From contig NC_086108.1 of assembly GCF_963921235.1 (NCBI RefSeq), positions 88,290,001-88,354,000 of the forward strand: a stretch of 64,000 nucleotides of DNA. The letters are read 5' to 3'. Of this stretch, positions 47,969 through 59,371 are shown piece by piece. This DNA is from Mobula hypostoma (Eukaryota). The notes below the pieces were generated by a model. That model did not search any database and had not been told where the DNA came from. It saw only the letters and a program-made list of their open reading frames with translations. Made by a program: the position numbers and the translations under genes. Within the stretch, counting starts at the first letter, position 1. Every line of letters starts with the position of its first letter.

Positions 47969-48427
47969 TGTGACAAGAAACAGAATGAATTAAAGTGTTG
48001 CAAGGAGCGAAGGAAGCGAACCCAAGTGCAGGACACAGGCACGGAGATTGAGTTTGGATGTTTACACGGGTGTAAACGCTGAACAGCAAGCAGGAGGGTT
48101 CTTGACACGGAGCCTTGACTCAGAGACTTGACACGGAGCCTTGATTCAGAGAAACGGAGTCTCATAGGTAAACCTTGAAACTGGAGCTAAACTTAGAACA
48201 AGTGGTTCTAAGCGGTTGGGAAACGTAGTTTACTCACAGGAAAAAGACCAACGATCTGGCGACTAGTGGTTGTGATGCCGGAGTTCTTATACTGCAGTTC
48301 TTGATGGAAACCAGGTGTGCTGTCATCAAAGCGAATTAGAAGCAATTGGGAAATTAACAGTCGGAACCGTGATGCAATCAACAGAAATTAGAAGCAAGAT
48401 AGGGAATAAATGATCGGGATCATGACA
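47969..48427 (-). mobile_element. Putative solo LTR
   Basis: TGTGAC...ATGACA ends, internal repeat CTTGACACGGAGCCTTGA x2, minus-strand TATA-like motif; TSD unclear. Confidence 0.45.
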
Positions 48428-51400
48428 TAAAGACTTTCTGAATTTTTCCCATCTGTAAAGAATCAAAAATTATAATCTTACCATGGACCAACCACATAGA
48501 CATGAGAAAACAAAGATACCCCACTGATCTAAAAAATGATTATTTTCAAATATACTCCAGAAAGTACTTGCACAAAATGTTGCAGTTGAAGATAATGTGT
48601 AAGCCTTACTGATTTCTTGATTTTGTGTATATACTGAATTCTAAAATTAGCTTTTGTATATTGGTAGTGAAGTAGGCCATGATAGTTTGATAATTAAACA
48701 ATTGACTGAGTTGTAAGAAATAAACACAATCAATTATATTTACATACAGAAAAATGTAACTGTAGCCCTCTCACTGGGGCTCATATGCAAAATTGGATTG
48801 ATAGATAACTCCACTAACAGCCACCTGACTCTGCAATGAGAAGGCAATATGTTATAATAATATACGTCTGGGTCGGTATGGTTTGTGTTTCAACTAAACA
48901 GGAAAGCTGGGAAGTTCTGATTAAAGGAACCTTGATATGAACCTTGATAAATACCGCCATACAGAATTACTGGTTGCCAAGAAATGACAATTCGTACACC
49001 AGAACATTTTACCAGCAGGACACACTACTTTTGCAAAATACTACTAAAATGAATTACCTCACAGCATAGCAGTAGAAATTTTAACCAGGGCATTACATTC
49101 ACTCCCCCACCAAAAATAGTTATGTCCTTTTGACTTTGGAACTTATTAAATCCATTTGGAATTTATTAGATCGTCACAGTATCCAAATGAATTTCATGAT
49201 TTCAGGGCCCACACCCCGCAATCCATTTGTAAATGGCAGTAACATATCTCATTATTGGGATAGCCATAACACTCTGTTTCCCCAGTGTGTTATATGCCAG
49301 CCTATCTGGGGGTTTCCTGACTCTCTGAGACATTCTTATCTCATCTTCAGCCTCAGGCACTCCTTGGGACTGTTCCTGTTTACTTGTGGGTGCTTCCCCT
49401 TATCCATCACTTGTATCTTCCAGCAGCTCAGGTCCCCCTGTCACCTGACTGAGCTCGGCTACATCCCCAATTACATTGGAGCCCAGTTTCCCCTCACTGA
49501 CTATCATCATGTCTGCCTGTCCACTGCTAGTCCCCCCACCCCGCTACATCTGAGTCAGAGTTGGGAGATTCAAACATCTCTTCATCAATTCTTGGAGAGT
49601 TTGCATAAGGGAAAGCATACACACTCATCCCCTGAGTCTGTACGGTATTCCAGTATTCAGTGTTTGGTTTCTTTTCAGTTCTTTCTGCTGATTGCCTTTC
49701 TGTTCTCCTCCTTCTGTGTAGAGTTCCAAGTCAGGTTCTGGACCAACACATACCTCCTGCCCTAAAGGCAAAAAGTGATTCCAATGGAGATTTTGACTGG
49801 GCCATTCCCATCTTCTGGCTTCAGCACCTATACAAGGGTCATCTCGCTTGGCGGCTGCCAGTTCCGCAGGATTCAAGGCAGGCAACAACTTCACATACCG
49901 AGTGGTCAAGTTGCAATATGTTTGTGGAAGGGTACAACCAGAAGCTCCTAAATGATCCACAGCTCTATCATGCCATAGCCTTTCCTCTGATTTCCCCACT
50001 GTGCAAAGCAGGCACATTGCATTAACACCAAAGGCAGAAACACCCTCCCACTCTCCGTCCATTTCTGGCACCTCATGGGAATGTCGGGACAATGCATCTG
50101 CATCGATGTTCCGCCTCCCTAAACAATATTTAAGGCTGAAATCATAAGCAGATAATGCCACCAACTAGTGATGATCCATGGCATCCAACTTCGCTGAGAT
50201 CAGGATATAAGTGAGTAGATTGTTGTCAGTCCTCTGCTTGAACTTGGCACTATATAGACAGTCACTTAATTTATCCACCACACCCCATTTCAATGCCAGA
50301 AAATCCAATTTGTGTATAGGGTAGTTTCGTTCAGAGGGTGACAGACTCTGGTTGATTAAAGCAACAGGTTTCAACCGTTTGCCCTGGTCCTGATATAGAA
50401 CACTGCCTAAGCCCTCACGGCTGGTGTTGGTATGCAGTACGTACAGAAACTGGGGGTTGATTCAAAGGGTGGCTTACTCTGGAATAGTCCTTCACAAATC
50501 TCCCACAGAATCTCCCATGGTACCCACAGAATCCAAGGAATGAGCAAAGGGTGCTCACGTTCTTGGTCCCTGGTCATATGGTCACCGCCTCTTTCTTGGG
50601 AAGATCTGTAGCCACTCCATCCTGAGAAACTATGTGCCCGACGTGGTTGACTGATGTCTTACAGAACTGGCACTTGTTCAGTGACAGTTTTAACCCTTCA
50701 GCTTTCAGGCAGTCCAGCACCTTCAGTTGCCTCGTCTCATGCTTCTCCAGTGTACACCCGAACACTGTGAGATCATCCAAGAACGCCATTACTCCAAGCA
50801 TAATCATGACCCCAACAGTCTTCTCCACAACACATTGGAAAGTAGCTGGTGCTCCTGACATACGCTGGGGCATTCTTTCAAACTGGAAGAATCCAGGTGG
50901 ACATATAAATGCCATATTCTCCTTATCAGCTTCATTTATGGGTATCTGATAATACCCACTCCTTTGGTCCAACACACTAAACCATTTTGCTCCACTCAGA
51001 CAGGCCAGAGCATTCTCAATCTGTAGAACAGTACTTTGGTCCAGGACTGTACATCAGTTCAATGAACAATAGTCAACAGACATTTGTACCTTCCCATTCT
51101 TCTTCCTTGCCACCACTTGCCTCAGTGATAATTCCAGCTTCCTTCAGTTTCAGCAGGTGCTGCTGAATATCTTCCACCTCTGCCGGTGCTAACTGTCAAA
51201 ACCTTTTGCTGAAAGCGGTGTCCTTCATCACCTGAATAGTGTGGAAAGCAAACCACATTGAACTTATCAGTAGAGAAGACATTTTCGAACTTTAACATCT
51301 TCTCCAATGTTCTCTTTTTTCCATCCTTCAGGTACCGAGGAGTCATGTAAGTTGATTGACTTTGCTGTTAACTTTCCTGATCCAGGAGATTGTCTCTCTG

Positions 51401-51977
51401 CCGGTTTTCTCACCGGAAAACTGGAGATTACGGTCACTGGGAAAAGGTATACCATCAGCATCCCATGTATGAAGGTGACCTCGGTCTCCAAGCTGCTCCT
51501 AACAATCACTGTCATCCTGTTTATGTGGAGGGCCAAAGGTTTCTGCAGTTCAGATCTCACCATCACCCCAGCAGATCTCTTCTTCGTGACCCTCCGGAGC
51601 ATCCACTAGGCATCAGGCATACCAGGGAATTTGGGGTTCCCTGGCACTCTAGCTACTTCCCCAGGATGTAAAAACGAAGGGTTTGGATTGCTTAGGAGGA
51701 ACTTGCACCTTCTAAAAAACAGTTTGAACATAGGGTGAATGGACAAGGTTTTCAAAAAATTATCTCCATTTCTCTCCTTGCATGCTCCCCGAGCCTTCTC
51801 ACAACGGGGGTATTTGTTCCCATAATAACTGGAAGCTTCATCTTTTTCAGCTGGATCTAGACAGACCAACTCCAATGTAGCAAGTGTCTCAGCTACTCCA
51901 ACATCTGCTTCCAAAAACTCCAGCTTCAATGCCAAGTAACCATCATCCAGGTAATCATCAGTATTAAGGCCCCAAAA

Positions 51978-52653
51978 GGGAGGAGAAGATGGCGGTGCAA
52001 CGCAGCTCGCAGCGGCCACGCCGGTGGTGATGTCTGTTATTTGTCAAGCAGGGTGCCGTGCACAATCCTGATTTGATGAAGACGGACGTGAGAGCACAGA
52101 GGAACATCTGGTGAAACTTCTGAAGTGCCTGCTTTGCTGCTGCTGCTACTGTGTGGTCCAGAATCTCCGGAGGGGAAGACCCCGAGTCCTTGGCTTTGCT
52201 TGTTGCTTGGCAGCCAAGGCGGGGTCAAAGCGCTCGGCAGAGGATGGTGCTCGGAGAGGTTGTGTCAGAGGGGCTGGTTGGAGGCTCGAAGTTTTCAGAC
52301 GGACTCAGAGTCCGCTGCGGTCGGGTGCTTCCAATGGTGCTGCATTGGCAAGTTTGCGGTGCTTGGAGATTCATGGCAGGGAGAGTTTCTCCCTTCTACC
52401 ACCTGCGTGAGATGATGAGTCTGTAGGGACTTTGAGACTTTATTTTTACCGTGCCCATGGTCTGTTCTTTGTCAAATTATGGTATTGCTTTGCACTGTTG
52501 TAACTATATGTTAGTGGTTTTATTAGTTTTAGTTTTGGTTTGTCCTGTGTTTTCTTGTGATATCATTCTGGAGGAATGTTGTATCATTTTTTAATGCATG
52601 CATTTCTAAATGACAATAAATGAGGACAGAGTGTCCTCATAATCTAATCTAAT
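51978..52653 (+). mobile_element. Non-autonomous retroposon (AAGATGGCG head, 3' stem-loop, (AATCT)n tail) inserted in Gypsy pol
   Basis: Full-length homolog at 57893-58562 on -; GAGGACAGAGTGTCCTC hairpin precedes the tail. Confidence 0.8.
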
Positions 52654-52979
52654 TTGTCGGGCACTGAGTGGCATCAATGGTAAATGCATCAAATACCAGA
52701 TGAAAAATGATCAGTAAAGTAGAGTAACCTAAGAACCTGTGTCAAGTATGGCTCTAGCATAAATACCTTCAATCCCTACAATTGATATGGATACACCTGA
52801 GCTTGGTGCCACTAAACCTTCAGGAATGGGGTCTTGCACTTTTCCTTGATACAGTGATTGCAACATGTTCTCTCTGAGACACCATGCTGTTCCCTTACTG
52901 GATCATTCCAAAGTTTGCTGACTTCCTTTTCTGTCTAAGGAAATGTTGGGTTACTTTCTGAAGGTTTTCCTGTCCTTCA

Positions 52980-54261
52980 CATTCCCGGTTGAAATGTCCA
53001 TCCTTACCATAGTTGTAACAGAAAATACTGGTCGCTTACCTTGTCAAGAGACCCTGTCAGCAGCAACCCTCTGCTTATTATGTCCGACTGGTGGGCCTGG
53101 CTTCTTATGAGACCTGTTACGCTTGGAGGCAGCACAAGCCATCATCAACCGAGATACCGCTGGTTTTTCACTACATCCTGCAAACCCCAGGGGTCGCTTC
53201 AGCAACAGAGGTTACTACTGAGGACTTTGCCCTGCTGATGGAGGCCTTCCACTCCTCCAGTGTATTTTCTTCCTTTCTTAATTTAATTCTCTGATCAGTT
53301 CAACGAATGAGGGAAGGGGAAGAATCTTATGAAATATTTGAATGCTTAAAGCAATCACATCACATGACAGTGCGCCCTTCACCACTAGCTCCATCCTTAA
53401 TTGATTTATCTCAGCCAGTTGAATGGCCCTTTTATAGCACAAGCAATGCAATTGTCTCTCTAGCCTGAAAATGTAGGCAGAAAGTTTCGCCCCTTTCTCC
53501 TGGAATGTGTGCCTAAACTTAATCATTAGCTCTGCTGGGTTGTTTGTTGTGCCAAAAACATTTTCTAATGCTTGCATGTTCTCTACGGGCTTGACCAACG
53601 GGTTTTCTGCCTTTAGAGATCTTACCACCTCAGTATCCGGACCTTGTAGACTCTCTACCAGTCGCTGTCTTTTCATAATATCTGAGCACTGCCTCTCATC
53701 TGATAACTGACCCAAGTCTCATGTTCTTCCTCCCCACTGGGGGTGGGCTTGATCCCAGAGAACATTCTCAGCCTACAATAACTTTGGTTCCCCATAGGTA
53801 CACTTTGGCATTTATCAACCAGTGATGTAATTGCCAAAGCCAGCTCAAAATTTCCATCAACCGCTGAAGGACCCATTAGACCTTTCACATTAGATAATGC
53901 CTTCCACTCACTTCACAGAGATGAGAACAACTTGCCTTTAAGATCTTCACCCTCAGCTACATGCCCCACTTCTCTAAAAATATGGACTGCCCATGGCTCC
54001 GCCTCTCCAGGTGCCCTTGTCCTATCAGGCACTGCAATTTGAATTACGTCACTACTAGTCTGGACTGACATGACATCCTTACCAGCTAATTGATCAAAAC
54101 ACCATTCAACCGGCATAACTTTCCCCAATACTTTTATAGAACTCAGCACTCTAATTAGCAGTTCATCAGGGCTTCAGATGCCCACCCCATTCAGATCAAA
54201 AGCATTTATTTGTGGATAACCTCTTTGAAACACACCAAACCTTAATCCCTGCGGCGTCCAT
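52980..54261 (-). pseudogene. PNMA-like gag remnant of the Gypsy element
   Basis: YCRLRMFSGIKPTPSGEEEHETW, KRQRLVESLQGP, ALENVFG, TFQEKGAKLSAYIFRLE, FCYNYGKDGHFNREC; broken by frameshifts. Confidence 0.85.
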
Positions 54262-55439
54262 AATAAAGTATCTTGATCACTTCCCCAACTCTAGTTTAAA
54301 CACAGGCTTAAACACATAAACTGCTTAATCAATTCTTAAACAGCATTCACACAGCATCTGGATCCCGGGTGGACCCCCACAAATGTAACTCTCTCACCAG
54401 GGCTTGTATACAAACTTGGTTAGATAACTAACTCTGCTAACAGCCACGTGACTCAGCAGTGAGAAGGCCACATTTATAAAAATATATGTCTAAGGTCGGT
54501 ATGATTTGGGGTTCAACCAAACAGGGAAGTTGGGATATTCCAATTAAAGGAACCTTGACTTGAGGGAATGTTGAGTAAACACTGCCCATACAGAATTACC
54601 GGCTGCCAAGAAATGATAAATTGTACACCAGTATAAAATTATAAAGAAAGTATACTTACCAATTTCAGCTATATCAAACAGTTATTAAGAGAAAGAAGAA
54701 AAAAGGCCCATTAAAATTTGATTGGTCTAAATATGCACATGACCTTTGGAGCTCATCTCTTCCAAAAGCTGGGTATAACCATTACTCATGACGCTGAATT
54801 CTCATCGCCAATCACTTGTAGAACTTCCCATCTTGAACTACTTCGTCTCACAAAGGACCCCTTGCAATAATGTCTACCCATCAGATTAAATCTTACGGGC
54901 GTCTTCCCAATCTTCTCCTCTCTGCATCTCCTGCCAAAAAACCATGAACCCAACCACTGTCCATCACTAATCTCTTTCTGCCCAGCTCTCTCTAGAACCT
55001 TCTCCTGATCCCGCCATCCTGATTGGCTGACACAATATTTCTAAGTAGAACAACATGGCTCCTTAACTTTAGCCGAGATCAAAACAATCTACCAGCAGGA
55101 CACACTGCTTTTACAGAAAACTACTAAAATGAAATTCCTCACAGCATAGCAGTAGAAATATCAACAAGGGCGTTCCTTATGCAAATGTTAGCTTCACACT
55201 GGATAAATTAAGACTGCAATTTTATTCCTAGACTAACAGGATTCAACACCCAATACTAGGTGCCAGACTCCTAAATCATGTACAGCTTTGTCAGCAATGC
55301 CTTCATCTGATAAATACATTACAAATGTGCACTTATCTTTCCAACTCTGCACTTCATTAAATATGTTTTATAAACCAACTTCTTTAATAAAGTAACTGAG
55401 GATCATAATATATATTTGAGTGGCTCTGGTAAGTTTGGT

Positions 55440-55865
55440 CAAAGAGTCATAGAGCACTACAGTGCAGCAACAGGCCCTTTAGCCCATCTAGTCCATGATG
55501 AACTGTTCATCTGCCTAGTCCCATTGACCCAAACCTGGGCTAATCCCTGCATAGCCCTTGTGTCCACGTACTTATCCAAACTTCCTTTAAGTGTTGATAT
55601 CAAACCTGTAACTACTGCTCCTTCTGACAGCTTGTTCCACAGTTGCATCGCCATCACCTTTTACCCTTAACCTATAACATCTAGTTCCAGTTTCACGCGA
55701 CATCAGTGGAAAAAGTGTGCTTGTATTAATCCTCTCTCTACGCCTTGTAATTTTGTATAGCTCTATCAAATCTCCTCTCATTCTCCTATACTACAGAGAA
55801 TAAAATCCTAACCTATTCAATCTTTCCCTATAACTTCAGTCCTCAAGTCCCAGCAACATCCTTTT
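55440..55865 (-). mobile_element. CR1 3' fragment
   Basis: MRGDLIELYKITR remnant. Confidence 0.8.
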
Positions 55866-56854
55866 TGGCCTGAAAATGCTTCCCATAGATGCTGTCTGAC
55901 CTGATCAGTCCCTCCAGTGTTTTGTGTGTGTTGCTTGGTACATTTGGCTGTGTAATGTAGAATTGCCACAGCAACTGCATTACAAAAACGACCATCTTTC
56001 TCAACAGACTGATTCAAGCTTCATCCCTGCCTACAGTGCAGCCTACAATTCCCACTCCCTTTACCAGAAACCTTCTCCACTCCCTTTGTGCTGATTATCA
56101 GCAATGCTGAGCAATCCTTAGATAAGAAAGGAGTCAGAGGTCAAAGTGCTAACTTCTGATAAAAGTAAGTAAGACACACGTGATGTGGGGTGAGTTGGAG
56201 AAGGCTGAGCGGTGAGCTGTATGTACATTGCTCACATGTCTATAATGCAGAAAGTCATTGAGAATATTGGCCAGAAACAGTGCAAATTGTTTTACATGTT
56301 ATAGGACTGTTGAGGAACTAGATAAAATTTACTATTTTTTCGATTTGTGTACTTTGTAAATAAGCTTTTGAGTACATTTGCTTTTGTTTCCTGCCATGGG
56401 AGCTCTCATTGCATGTGTGATTGGAGAAAGATGTATGCTTATGATAATGAAATCATTTGCAGTTCACATAGGACACATTTATTCTTGTTTGATAGATATT
56501 AGGTAATAAAGGTAATTTCAGATTATGGGTGATATGTAATTCTTTCACAACAGAGACCAGTGAAGATGAATACAGGCAACATATAGAGTGAACCTAGAAT
56601 TTGTGATAATATGATCAAAAACATTAAGAAACATTTGCTAATATGAGAACCACTTTTTAATTTTATTTACGGAGTCACTAAAAGGCTTATTCTATTTTAA
56701 ATCTGCTCCCTATTCTGATGATTATTTAGATGTACAGTCTCTGAGCCTGAAAATGTTTCAGTTTTAAAATGAAATCTTGAAGTGAAATGAAATTGAGTCA
56801 TTCAGCACAAAACCAGACCCTTCAGCCCAGCTCATCTATTCCAACCAAACCCTG

Positions 56855-57232
56855 TCCTGGTTTTCTTCTCCTCAACTGCCCATCTCCTTCCTCCAATGCC
56901 TCTCCTTCTTCTCTTTATTTCTTGATCCACTGTTCTCTCCTATTAGATTCCTTCTTATTCAGCCCTTTACCTCAATCACCTATCACATCTCACCTTCTTA
57001 TTTTTAACCCCCCCCCCCTCAGCTTCCATCCACCCACCTTCTCCCTCACTTGGTCTCACCTATCACCTGCCATCTTGTACTCTGTCCCCAACACACCTTC
57101 TGACCTCCTTTCCAGTCCCAATAAAGGATCCTAGTCCGAAACGTCGACTGTTTATTCCCCTATCTGACTTGTTGGATTCCTCCAGCATTTTTTGTGTTGT
57201 GCAAGATTTCCAGCATCTGCAGAATCTCTTGC
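56855..57232 (+). mobile_element. PLE 3' region / terminal repeat
   Basis: Pyrimidine tract, CCGAAACGTCGACTG and pLTR tail. Confidence 0.75.
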
Positions 57233-57892
57233 ATTCATTTCCTCTGACACCTCATTCCATTTACACATCACCCTGTGTGTGAAAAAATGCCTCAGAGGTT
57301 CATATTAAATCTTTTCCCCTCACCTTAAACCTATGTCCTCTATTAGGGCACAGTTACCTGCAGTCTAATTCCATATCACCATTTCCCCTAGCAAATGTGA
57401 GGTTTAAAATAAACAATTGTATCATTGCCTCTCTTTAGACTTCCAATGTTTTTAGTTTTTCACCATTTATTTTGATCCTCTTTTAGATTTTTAGTAAATT
57501 TCTAATTTTTAAATGGGGATAGAGATATGTAGGAAACTGAGGAACATCGGCCTAGATGTGCAGTTTAAATTGACACCATGGTCAGCACAGGTTTCAAAGT
57601 GTAAAATTCAAAGGCAGATTTCATATGCAGAAAATTCTGTTCCTGTACTGTCATATGTTGTATGTAAGCAAAATAAGTCATAACTAGTCATAATTTTTCC
57701 AATTTTCTCAATCTCTTTATTTTATGGTTCCATTAATGCTGTTCACAATATCACCAATTTCATTTAGAAATTAGGATACCTGATAGTTCAGTAACACAAA
57801 TTGCACTGAGGCTTCTGTTTATTTTTAGCATCACTGGACAATGCCTTGAATGTCCAGTTATAAAAGATGACCAGAGGTAACAGAAGGGATTA

Positions 57893-58562
57893 AATTAGAT
57901 TAGATTACGAGGACACGCAGTCCTCTTTTATTACCATTTAGTAATGCATGCATTAAGAAATGATACAATGTTCCTCCAAAATGATAACACAGAAACACAA
58001 AACAAACCGACAAAAACCACATAATTATAACATATAGTTACAACAGTGCAAAGCAGTACCGTAATTTGATAAAGAACAGACCATGGGCACGGTAAAAAAA
58101 AGTCTCAAAGTCTCTCGGAAGTCCCATCATCTGACGCAGACAGTAGAAGGAAGAAAAGCTCTCCCTGCCATGAGCCTCCAGCACCGCAAACTTGCCGATG
58201 CAGCACCCTGGAAGCACCCGACCACAGCCGATTCTTGAGTCCGTCCGAAAACTTCAAGCCTCCGACCAGCCCTCCAACACCGAGCACCGAGCACCATCTC
58301 TGCCGAGGGCTTCGACCCCGGCCCCGGCAACAGGCAACAGGCAAAGCCGAGGATTTGGGGCCTTCTCCTCCGGAGATTCTCAATCGCACAGTAGCAGCGG
58401 CAGTGAAGCAGGCATTTCTGAAGTTTCTCCATATGTTCCTCCATGCTTTTCATATCCGTCTCCATCAAATCAGGATTGTGCACGGTACCTACTTAACAAA
58501 TGCAATATCATTTCAGAGCGACTGCGCGCGCTGCGTCACGCCGCCATCTTCTCCTCCCCTCC
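57893..58562 (-). mobile_element. Second copy of the AAGATGGCG-headed retroposon
   Basis: Colinear reverse complement of 51978-52653. Confidence 0.8.
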
Positions 58563-58807
58563 CCTTACTTATTTGCAATTGTATTGGATTCAGTCACAGA
58601 AATGTTCATATAAATATCATGAAAGCATAATAGCAGACCCAAAATTTCAAGATTTATTACTCCAAAAGTCTTTGTAATCTAAAATTAATATGTTCATTGA
58701 TTTTTTTTTTAACTTGCCAAACATCAATAAAATTTATCATGTTGGTAAGTTCTCTGTTGATTGAAAAAAGCACATAATTACCAGTGTGAGATTTTGCCAT
58801 TGCCATC

Positions 58808-58998
58808 CAGCTCGTGTAGTGGCATCCTCACTGGACTTCAAGGAGAGTGGCCCAGGTTCGAATACAGCCGGCTCCTTGCATGCTTTCCATCCATGCTGGG
58901 TTGAATGTCGAGCGAGCAACTCGGCCTCATCAAAAAAAAACAAATGCTAAAAGAATGGCAAGTTGCCACACAATGTACCACAAGGCACAGAAAGGAAC
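58808..58998 (+). mobile_element. tRNA-headed SINE
   Basis: A-box-like GTGTAGTGG and B-box GGTTCGAATAC. Confidence 0.55.
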
Positions 58999-59371
58999 AA
59001 CAATAATCCAGCTTGTGTGCTTTATTCTTACAACTTTTAATGAGTGACAAAATAGTGGTAAGAGAAGTAAACTCTAAATTATGGAGAATTTAGTAAACCC
59101 AGTTGTGGAAAACACAAATGAACTCAAGAGAATAATCAGCATTTATTGGAACAAAACCAGAAAATTCTGAAGCTACCCAGCAAATCAAACAATATCCACA
59201 GAGAGACATACAGTTGAAGGCCAATGAACATTCAGGGACAGATAGATTTTAAGGTGCAGAGAATGGAGGGAAGAGTCCAGCTATGAGGAGTTACATGATA
59301 AAAGGGGTGATTGTGCTGGATAATGAAGTTATAGACTGAAAATGTGGAATATTAACTAAATTACTACATAG

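Larger units (their letters stand above)
48761..55177 (-). mobile_element. Degenerate Ty3/Gypsy LTR retrotransposon with PNMA-type gag
   Basis: LTRs at 54384-55177 and 48761-49097 (the latter internally deleted); tRNA-Pro-like PBS 54362-54379; PPT 49098-49111; gag, zinc knuckle, LDTGS protease, RT 50574-50975, RNase H 50165-50374; no recognisable integrase. Confidence 0.92.

Noticed and set aside
49130..49765. 211-aa plus-strand ORF
   Set aside because: Antisense to decayed Gypsy 3' internal sequence; no recognisable motif.
53278..53715. Domesticated PNMA-like host gene
   Set aside because: Frameshifted and embedded between LTRs with pol remnants.
52037..58677. Clusters of overlapping ORFs at 52037-52426 and 58105-58677
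   Set aside because: By-product of a GC-rich repeat; frames are not preserved between the two copies.
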